Shown here piece by piece: positions 25,021-34,839 of a stretch of 61,622 bases of DNA. This DNA comes from Priapulus caudatus (Eukaryota). Each line of letters begins with the position of its first letter. Within the stretch, counting starts at the first letter, position 1. The notes beneath the pieces are model-generated. The model ran no database searches. It was not told the origin of the DNA and saw nothing but the letters and a program-made list of their open reading frames with translations. Where the stretch lies: contig NW_014577080.1 of the NCBI RefSeq assembly GCF_000485595.1, forward strand, positions 200,874-262,495, read 5' to 3'. Position numbers and translations under genes: made by a program.

Positions 25021-26889
25021 TCCCAGGCGCCGTGATACGCATAAATGAACACGCTTGCAAGCGTTGAACCACGGTAGACAACGCCTGCGGGCAAATGTAT
25101 ATTTCGTTTCCTCGTTACAATGACCTTTCTTGCACCTTTACTTTCTAACTCCAACTCGTTTTGTTTGTAGATGTAATCGTTATAATAATAACTACTCTTC
25201 AATCTAGTAATATATTTTTGGTCGCATTGGATATAATGTAACCTCTTCCAGCATGTACACATTGTAAATAATTTTATATAAATATATAAATTGTATAAAT
25301 TTGAATACACGTGTTTACGCTGTAGTTGTTAGTATTGTTAACATTTTCATTGTTATCAAAAGTATTTATCAGTTGATAAATTTTAGTTCAGTTGACAGTA
25401 GACGTCAACGAATTTACGTGATTTTACGCAACTGCCGAAGTCATCAACGAAAGAGACATTTTAAATAAATTAAACAAACAAAGGTATGAAAATAATAACT
25501 CAGAAAGCAATGTGTGTTCCATTCCAATCCATGAAACAAATTCCCATTACATGTACTTCTTTGCCGAGGTGTACGGCTGCCACGATATTTGGCCTGACCA
25601 TTTTATCTCTGAATCAAGTTTTCGATGATAAACAAGTTCATTCGCTCCTATGATTTCATTCGCTTCTAGAAAACGAGTTTATTCGCTTCTAGAAACGAGT
25701 TCATTCGCTCCTAGAAAAGCCGAGACATTCTAATCAGAGGAAACACAGAAAATACATGCACGTATGCATGCTTCGGGCTCGTTTGCCTTATCGGGATTAT
25801 TTCTGGCCTAGCCAGTGATATATACTCCTAGTGGCGGTAAATTTCGTTTCCGGGTTGGTTAACCCAGCAGTTAATTTTCAACGGCGTGTCCCTGCATTCA
25901 AAGACGTGCGCAGAAACCAGTATAGACGTAAACACGCGAAGAAGTGTTATTGAACTGCGCCGTTGTAAGTCCGTGTGCAATCGCAGTATACCCTGAGCTG
26001 GTTTACGGGGCACGTTTTCTGAGGTTGAATGCACTCGAGTTGCGGAGGTAACTACGGGCATCATCATGATGTCGTAAAATCTATCATATGATGTTTGCAC
26101 GTGCGTACGTACCGGTACCTTCACGCGTGCATGTTTGCGTATGTGTGTGTGCGTGTGTGTGTGTGTGTGTTGTGTGTGCGCCCGTGTGTTCTAATACATT
26201 TTAAAATAACTTCAAAACCGGAATTCTGATGAAAACATCGGATCACGTAAGGATAAGTAATTTTAATATATATTTGCGTTGGTACAATACTACATCTATG
26301 AACAAATCTACGCTCCATATCTAAATATAAAAAATAGCCCCTAAGAGCTATATCTAATATAGACATGTTTATGATATACAACAAGTAATCATTTGCGGAT
26401 AATAAATCCTCTAAATAATTCTACACGTCTAGAATGCGTAATATATTTGGCACAATAACTAATTGCAACTTAAAATCATTTATGGAGCGCTGAATTAAAA
26501 GATAGGTAGGCCTTATAACCGATCGACCGTTCGCAGGTGTTTTTACTATAAGGCATGTACACAAAATTGATTTAAAGCGGTTTGGAAGTGCTTCGAAGGT
26601 TATAGCCTATAAGAATTCATTGGTTGCGCAATCATACTTGCTTCATAGTTGCTAATTTGCATACAATAAAAAGTTCCGTTTATAAAACGTTCAGCACGTT
26701 TATGAAATCTCACACAGTGCAAAGTTATCACACACAGTAAAGATGTAATACTATAAAAAGATGTATACTATACGATCATGCTAGTCCAATAAAATGGTTA
26801 AAGTGTTTGTTTTTTGCATTGTTTGTAACATGCAGGTTTACGTTTTCTTTAGATAGATATCGCTCTAATGAATTGCTTGTACACTGTGC

Positions 26890-27202
26890 TTAAAGTGATT
26901 ACGTCACCGTAAATAGTAAAAAATAAAAAATAAATTTCCACTTTTTCACAAAATATAAGTAATTTTGTTAAATTGCTGCATTATACTTCTTATTTTACTA
27001 TATTGTTCGATGTGAACATACACTCGTGACCAATCAAATCATTCAGGTTTTTTTTAGATTTTTAACTAGTTGAGAAACAATCTTATCAGGTAAAAATTTG
27101 ACGATACGTTTATTCCCATTAGTTCTTACTTTTAATGTAAAAAAATGGCAACAAAATTTTTACAAATTTTACCATAGAAAATTCGTGACGTAGTACATTT
27201 AA
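26890..27202. mobile_element. Degenerate TTAA-flanked non-autonomous DNA element (Kolobok/piggyBac-type ends)
   Basis: ttaaagtgattacgtcac ... gtgacgtagtacatttaa imperfect inverted ends bounded by TTAA. Confidence 0.4.
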
Positions 27203-27338
27203 TCGCGCTGTAGCAACACCTACGAGCCGTTTATTGATCACCGCCTTGAACCCTCTCAAATATCATCCCTTTGGCCACCTATATGCTCCACATAACGGCG
27301 CAAATACAATGCCGTGTGCGCTGCAAGTTACTGAATAA

Positions 27339-28208
27339 TTATTCCGGGCTCATCAGAGCAGACGATACCACGAGAGAGCAGACTGCCATAGCGGCCGTAA
27401 TCAGCGTCACGCTTGCATGCTGCATTGTGGCGCCATCTATGACAGCAAACACGCGCGTCGCTGCTCCAGTGCCGTCGCGTATGTTCATGGGTATAGCAAA
27501 CACGCGCGCACCGCTAGGTGGCATGCTGTCTAAGTTAGCAACGTTTTCCAACCCCGGAATATTTTTCCCGAGTAGGATCTTATGAACTGGCCGATCACGC
27601 GCCTGTCCGTAGTCAAGAGAGATCGTATCAACGCCGTACATCTTAATGTTCCTGTTCTGCACGAGCCATTCCATCGCAGTTTCGTGTATGCCGGGGAAGT
27701 GAATGAGGGACGTGTCAGACGTCGCCGTGCCGAGATACCTTTCCTTGTCCGGCCAGTAGCGATGCCAGCCCGTGTTCAGCAAGAATATGCTTCCCGGGCG
27801 AATGCGGCCGTAGTCGTGCTCCCAATTCTCGATGTCTTCTATCGTAGCTTGGTAGTCGGGATCGTTGGCAGTCTTACGGGAAACATCGACGACGACAGCG
27901 TCTCCGATGACCTCGTTCAGTTCGATCTCGTTGATTCCCCGCGCACCCTCGATGATATGTCGCGGGGCATCCATGTGTGTCCCGCCGTGCTCGGCCGTAC
28001 AGAAGGTGTTGGCCTCAACGTAAAATCCGTCGGCCGTCCAGCCTTTCAGTACCGTCGACGTGTTCCACGTTTGAAATCCGGGCCAGTAAACCATATCGGG
28101 CTGGTTGGCATACTCGTACGTTAAGTCGATGATGTTTGCAGAAGCGATGGCCACCGTTAAACTGAGCACAGTCGCAAGGAGAATTTCGCACACCGCTGGC
28201 GTTCCCAT
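27339..28208 (-). CDS. Cyclase-family metal-dependent amidohydrolase (kynurenine formamidase KynB / isatin hydrolase-like), secreted and possibly GPI-anchored, ~289 aa
   Basis: Signature HGGTHMDAPRH (HxGTHxDAPxH), plus IIDLT, LLNTGW, HFPG, GVDTISLD, GLENVANL, PMNIRDGTGAATRVFA; N-terminal signal peptide; hydrophobic C-terminus; splice acceptor ttttag just upstream of the ATG at 28208. Confidence 0.92.
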   Translation of the reverse strand: MGTPAVCEILLATVLSLTVAIASANIIDLTYEYANQPDMVYWPGFQTWNTSTVLKGWTADGFYVEANTFCTAEHGGTHMDAPRHIIEGARGINEIELNEVIGDAVVVDVSRKTANDPDYQATIEDIENWEHDYGRIRPGSIFLLNTGWHRYWPDKERYLGTATSDTSLIHFPGIHETAMEWLVQNRNIKMYGVDTISLDYGQARDRPVHKILLGKNIPGLENVANLDSMPPSGARVFAIPMNIRDGTGAATRVFAVIDGATMQHASVTLITAAMAVCSLVVSSALMSPE

Positions 28209-28591
28209 CCTGCTGTACCCGCCTCGTCTCACGGCTAAAATGCTGCTAAATTAAAAAGAGATTTTATTCCATCCTATAGGGCTCAGTCAGAAAACGATTT
28301 TATTCCATCCTAGAACAACTAGCAAGTGCACGCAGATATAAGTCCGTAAATTATTAGTAGGTCTAGTTGCATTAAAAATCTGCACTTCCGTTGCTACTGG
28401 AAAATGCAGTAGTATAAGGCCCTAGACATATATGTACAGAGAGGGTTTAGCTGAACGTATAGTATAATTGGTTTTGTTAGTGGCAGCAGTGGTACATGTG
28501 GTCACTGCATGGGCAAAGTCTGTATAGTAATAGATTAGGCGCTGTGTTTCATGTCTGTTGGCGTGAGAAGTATTTCTCATTCAGGCATCAA

Positions 28592-28697
28592 CTGGTTGGC
28601 GATGGTTGGCGATGGTTGGCGAGTTGGCGATGGTTGGCGATGGTTGGCGATGGTTGGCGATGGTTGGCGATGGTTGGCGATGACGATGGCGATGGCG
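28592..28697. repeat. 10-bp tandem repeat (GATGGTTGGC)n
   Basis: Direct reading. Confidence 0.9.
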
Positions 28698-29150
28698 AGG
28701 TCTTACAAGCACCAACCAGCAGACGTTGTTACATTGATTTGGAATAACTGGGAATATACTCATAGCTAGCGGGCTGCTTGCAGTCCGTGTAACCGGGTTC
28801 GCTTGTGTGTCGGGTGTACAATTTTAATAGCAATAATAAATATTTGGCTTGAATATCTCTGTCTTCTGGTTTTCTGAATTAACCATAACTGTGGAATATT
28901 CCGAATTTATTCAGATTTACTGATTTTTAGTACAGATCTACTGAGACAATTCTTATATCGGGCAGACAAACCCGACTTTGTATACACTATATATATATAT
29001 ATATCACCGCAAGCATCGAAAGCACTAATTGAAGCCATTTGTTAAACTAGAAATGCGTAGCTGGGGCCCTAATATATCAACTTCGAAGGTGGCCGGGGTT
29101 GAAAATGTTGTAAAACCTTGAGTCATCTACGAAATTAGCTGGTTATAGTA

Positions 29151-29515
29151 GTATATAGCGGGGAAATTTGGTTAAAGTTGACACGTTTGAAGTGTGGCCT
29201 TCTTGTGCAGTCTGTGCACGAAAAGGGTGTTCTGCAGTTATAATACCCTATCTTACTAAATGATACTACAGAGAGCCATCATACATCGCCCGTGGGATAG
29301 CAACACCCGATATAAGTAGGTTGAAAACATCAGTAAACTCCGAACAGGGATAGAAGTAAAAGAGCACGGGCCCCGCCCCTTCATGATGGCTCTCTGTAGT
29401 ATCATTTAGTAAGATAGGGTATTATAACTGCAGAACACCCTTTTCGTGCACAGACTGCACAAGAAGGCCACACTTTCAAACGTGTCAACTTTAACCAAAT
29501 TTCTCCGCTATATAC
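29151..29515. repeat. ~132-bp near-perfect inverted repeat (29151-29282 / 29383-29515) with a 100-bp spacer
   Basis: Arms are reverse complements, e.g. aaagggtgttctgcagttataataccctatcttactaaatgatactacagagagccatcat. Confidence 0.9.
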
Positions 29516-29591
29516 GGGTGTTGCTATCCCACGGGCGTGGAGGGAGGTCACGTGATAACGTTGACGATGACGTTCAAAACGTTAAGGCTAA

Positions 29592-29820
29592 AGGCCGCCG
29601 CACACCAGCCGATTTTTACAAACGATGAAGCGATGAAGCGATGTAGGTGTGCGCGTTCATTTGTTGTAGACGATTTTTATTTTTTATCGGGTGATCGTTC
29701 AAATCAAACATGTTTGATTTTGAACCGATGAGCCGATGAGCCGATTTTAAGGCCGCGCCGCACACCTACATCGCTTCATCGCTTCATCGTTTGTAAAGAT
29801 CGGCTGGTGTGCGGCGGCCT
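29592..29820. mobile_element. PIF/Harbinger (Tourist-like) MITE with ~60-bp TIRs and TAA TSD
   Basis: taa|aggccgccgcacaccagccgat... ...atcggctggtgtgcggcggcct|taa. Confidence 0.8.
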
Positions 29821-29920
29821 TAACACTCACAATAAATATATATGTGTCGCCGCGCTATATATAGGCATTGTGATCCACAAAAATTAATCTATGGTGTGGG
29901 GACAGATATCATGATGCAAA

Positions 29921-30042
29921 AACCCTAACCCTAACCCTAATCCTAACCCTAACCCTAACCCTAACCCTAATCCTAACCCTAACCCTAACCCTAATCCTAA
30001 CCCTAACCCTAACCCTAACCCTGACTCTAACCCTAATCCTAA
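29921..30042. repeat. Interstitial telomere-like (CCCTAA)n tract, ~20 units
   Basis: Direct reading, with occasional TCCTAA variants. Confidence 0.95.
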
Positions 30043-30534
30043 CACTATCCCAACACTAGTGCTGCCACATTGCGGTCACCTCCCTCCACGCCCGTGGATT
30101 AGATCGAATACTCACAGACTCACGTTAATAAAATTACGTCCTGCGTTTTGTTGTTATCGGATATATTATCAAGCGCGTATAAAGAAGGTATATGCTTTCT
30201 TTATACGCTCTTGATATTATATATAGCATTTCTTATATCATCGATTTTCACATGACCTATATTCATAGATTTATACATGAGGATCATAGTAACACAGATT
30301 TTAGTGCTTTGTGACATATCTAGAAATAACCACATCGTAATTAATACATAGAAATATGTATAACAAATAAGAATTACCTGTAGACGTGCTTTCACTGTGC
30401 GTCGATACCTTTCGTTGCTGTGTCCTTAGAAACGCACCAAAGCAATGGCGAGCGACTCGCCTACCTTACTGCGTGCACTAATGGAGAATGCTTGAATTCC
30501 TGTTCAGTCATGCATTAAATACGCTGCGAGTGTG

Positions 30535-30606
30535 CCATGTGGGGTAATGCTATCCCATGTGGGGTAATGCTATCCCATGTGGGGTAATGCTATCCCATGT
30601 GGGGTA
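30535..30606. repeat. 20-bp tandem repeat (CCATGTGGGGTAATGCTATC) x3.5
   Basis: Direct reading. Confidence 0.9.
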
Positions 30607-33030
30607 TATGCGCATGCAGGCGCGCAGTACAGACTAAAGGAAACTGCGTAATATAGCTTGCTGAAAGCGAGGGGTGGGAGACTAAAGAAAAGCGACAGGG
30701 AAGATAGCTGAGGGGCGGTAGAAGACGAAGAAGGCTGGGCAAGGAACAAGGGAGACAAAGGGAAAGACGGGTGGGGAAGAATTAGGAGTCTTGCACCCTA
30801 CCGGCTAGGGCACTCGCCTCATTATAAATACAGGTCTACTGATAACAATTTATTACATAAATCTATGCTGAGATATCCCCTAACCATATTAAATGCATAC
30901 TCTGGTGAGATATTGCGCATGCGCCATCACACTATCATAGCCAGATTGTGTACCGACTGGTATATGCAGCGGAGACCTTACATGAAAGGTCTACTTCCTA
31001 TTTCTGAAATGAGGTCTACTGATGGAATGTTACCAAATGAATCTATGCTCGAATAACTCCTCTTCATTTTAAATGCATAATTTTTGCAAAATATTATTTT
31101 TCTCCGGAGATATATTGCGCATGCGCGAGCACCGTTTCGGGCATGCCGTACGGAGTCTACGGACTGAAGAAAACTACATAATATAGCTTGCTGAGGGAGA
31201 GAGGGGTGGTAGACTGAGAAAAGGCTGCAGAGAAGACAGCTGCATGAGGGGCGGTAGATAAAGAAGGAGGCTGGGTGATGGACAGGGGAGACAAGGGGAC
31301 GAACGGGAGGAGAAGAAGTAAGAGTTTTGCACCCTACCGGCTAGGGCGCTCTCCTAATTATAAACACAGGTCTACTGATAACAATTTAATACATAAATCT
31401 ATGCTGAGATACCCCCTAACCATATTAAATGCATATTCATCGCAAAATATAACGCCTCTGGTGAGATATTACTGATGGAATGTTACCACATGAATCTATG
31501 CTCGGATAACTCCTCTTCATTTTAAATGCATAATATTTGCAAAATAGTATTTTTTTCGGGAGATATTGCGCATGCGCATGCGCGAGCACCGTTTCGGGCA
31601 TTGCCGTACGGACTGAAGAAAACTACATAATATAGCTTGCTGAGGGAGAGAGGGGTGGCAGACTGAGAAAAGGCTGCACAGCTGAGGGGCGGTAGATAAA
31701 GAAGGAGGCTGTGTGATGGACAGGGGAGACAAGGGGACGGACGGGGGGAGAAGAAGTAAGAGTTTTGCACCCTACCGGCTAGGGCGCTCTCCTAATTATA
31801 AACACAGGTCTACTGATAACAATTTAATACATAAATCTATGCTGAGATACCCCCTAACCATATTAAATGCATATTCATCGCAAAATATAACGCCTCTGGT
31901 GAGATATTGCGCATGCGCCAACACATTATCATAGCCAGATTGTGTACCGACTGGTATATGCAGCGGAGACCTTACATGAAAGGTATACTTCCTATTTCTT
32001 AAGTGCGGTCTACTGATGGAATATTACCACATGAATCTATGCTCGAATAACTCCTCTTCATTTTAAATGCATAATTTTTACAAAATATCATTTTTCTCGG
32101 GAAATATTTCGCATGCGCGAGCACCGTTTCAGGCATGCCGTAAAGTCGGAAGAAAACTACATAATATAGCTTGCTGAGGGAGAGAAGGGTGTCAGACTGA
32201 GAAAAGGCTGCAGGGAAGACAGTTGATGGGCGGTAGATGAAGAAGGAGGCTGGGCGAGAGACAAGGAAGACAAGAGGAAGGACGGGAGAAGATGAAGTAG
32301 GAGTTTTACACCCTATACCGGCTAGGGCACTCTCCTAATTATAAACACAGGTCTACTGATAACAATTCATTACCTGATTATTGGTACATATATCTATGCT
32401 GAGATACCCCCTACCCATATTAAATGCATATTCATCGCAAAATATAACTCCTCTAGCTGGTGAGATAAATTGCGCATCTGCCAACACAATTATATAACCA
32501 TGCAGATTGTGTACTGACTGGTATATATGCAGCGGAGACCTTACATGCAAGGTATACTTCCTATTTCTTAAGTAAGGTCTGCTGATGGAATGTTATCACA
32601 TGAATCTATGCGCGGATAGCTTCTCTTCATTTTAAATGCGTAATCTTTGCAAATTATTATTTTTCTCGGGAGATATTGCGCACGCGCGAGCACCGTTTCA
32701 TGCGTGCAGTACAGACTGAAGAAAACTGCATAATATATCTTGCTGAGGAAGAGAGGGTGCATATGGAGGGTGGGAGACTGAAGAACGGCGGCAGGGTAGA
32801 TAGCTGTGGGGCGGTAGAAAAGAAGGAGTCTAAGTGACATGGGGGACATGGGTGCATGGCAAGGGGAAGGACGTACGTCCTTCCCCATGCCCCCCATATA
32901 TATAAATGGGGGTAGTGACGGGAAGTAGGCGTAGAAGTAGAATGGTACCGGTAGGTACGGAGTGGGAAGTTGGAGTTTTGCACCTTACCGGCTATGACGC
33001 TTTCCTAAACACGGGTCTACTGATAACAAT
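30607..33030. repeat. Tandem satellite of ~540-bp units (~4.5-5 diverged copies)
   Basis: Landmark 'ggtctactgataacaat' recurs at ~30832, 31369, 31807, 32350 and 33014. Confidence 0.9.
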
Positions 33031-33411
33031 GTATTATTCCTTCTGCAAATAAGGATGTTGTATAATAAGAATAGCGGTTTAGGCCTACATATCTATAACG
33101 ATTTGAAATTTTACAGTAATTTTTATTACCTGCCAGTAGATGGCAGACCAAAACTCTAGATGGGAACCACTTTCGTAACGGTATTTGTCTATATATCAAT
33201 TTCGCTGAACGAGCGATAGAGTGTGAATCTAAATATGTCGACGCCATGATTAGCAAGCAAGGAAAGCCATAGCTTACGAAATGTTTTTATGTCATAGTTA
33301 TTAGGTAAACTATAAGACTTTACTGACTATAGTATCAAAGTAGGTTTGTATAATTCTTGTGTTGAATTTCATGTCGTCCGATGTAGGAAATCCGAACAAG
33401 ACAGTAAATCG

Positions 33412-34324
33412 AGCGTATTGACTTGTGACACAATTTAAGTCACAAGTTATGTCCACAATTTACTAATACAGTAATACTAATAGGGGCCTAGTACAAACTA
33501 CAATGCAAAGGGTAAAGTAGTAAACTAGAGCAGCTCGATTGTCCCACGGCTACTACTACTACTAGTACTAGTTAGGTGCTCTTACTTTAGGCCTTTCTGA
33601 CTGTATTTCTTTTTGCATTTTTTATTAGTTATTACTCAGGCTAGGTACATCTACACTTGTGCTGAAGGGGTCATTGTCGTATATGTACCCGAGTATATAA
33701 ACCGACCAGGCTCTCTGACTGTTACACGTTGTAGGACGTAGTGTCTCGTCAATAGCCTCTCGCCAACGTAATGTTAAGCGAGAAGGGAACTTAATTGTGG
33801 CTACCGAGTATAGTACCCCGTCACTACCACTGGCAGCAAGAACAAGCCTGCACGTAGAGCACACACACGGCCATTGACTATAATAACAACATGGTGCCCA
33901 AGCCTCTCGCCGCCGCAGTTTCCACAACTCGCCGTTTTCAATCAGTTACAACTCCGGTGTTCCTGGAGGTGACGCCACTTTCCAACTATTGTTGGAATCG
34001 CGGAAGACTGCTGAACAAGTTACACCCACCATTTTTTGCCTGCCAGAATGCGCTCAAATCACAGAAATTCCTCAAATTTACATGCGAAATGATGCTTCGG
34101 ATGCTACCAGGCAAACGGGCGGCATGCCCAATCGTTGGCGGCTGCGCTGATTGGCGCAGTCAGAAAGGCCTAAAGTAAGAGCACCTAACTAGTACTAGTA
34201 GTAGTAGTACTACTACTAGTAGTAGTAGTAGCTGTGGGACAATCGAGCTGCCCTAGTTTGTTACTTTGCATTGTAAATTGTGGACATAACTTGTGACTTA
34301 AATTGTGTCACAAGTCGATACGCT
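33412..34324. repeat. Inverted duplication (33412-33603 / 34157-34324) flanking a ~550-bp GC/CCAAT-containing spacer
   Basis: ctagtactagttaggtgctcttactttaggcctttctgactg versus cagtcagaaaggcctaaagtaagagcacctaactagtactag, and gacttgtgacacaatttaagtcacaagttatgtccacaatt versus its reverse complement. Confidence 0.9.
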
Positions 34325-34769
34325 TTTTCTCAGCTGCAAAATATTCCACTTCTGTTTCTTCAGGCTCTAGTCTCAATTTGACTGATGAGCTGGCATTTTT
34401 TGCAATGTGTTGACACGAAATCCTTATGCTTTTACACTTTTATTTGACATTGTTACTGAAACAATGCTGTTGACCAGGTAGGATTTCCTGCAAAGTGTGA
34501 TTGTCTTCGCAGGGGCACGAGGGAAACCAGGCGGGGAGCATTTTATTCATTTGTACATCCCCCCCCCACCTTTTCGTGGCCCATCAGTGAGTACGGAGTG
34601 CTGCAACCACAGCAGTTGCAGTTGGAGCTGTGACACAATTGAAACCGTGAATGTTAGGATGTACGATTGATTGTTAATTAACTTTTTATTTTAATTTCTT
34701 ACATAGGTATGTTTTACTTGCCTAATGCTTGATGTGACACAAGAAACTGAAATATATTCAGCACTCGCC

Positions 34770-34839
34770 ATGAATTATGTTCAGTGGGCTCAGTGGCCTA
34801 TGCAGCCATCAGCCTATGCTAATGTACCGCATGGACAAG
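34770..34839 (+). CDS. PNISR: PNISR coding exon 1 (MNYVQWAQWPMQ...)
   Basis: gccATG after acceptor ttcag; donor AG|gttagt. Confidence 0.8.

Larger units (their letters stand above)
29526..30099. mobile_element. Non-autonomous TIR element (CCACGGGCGTGGAGGGAGGT ends) carrying an internal (CCCTAA)n tract and a nested MITE
   Basis: ccacgggcgtggagggaggt at 29529 and its reverse complement ending at 30097. Confidence 0.7.
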
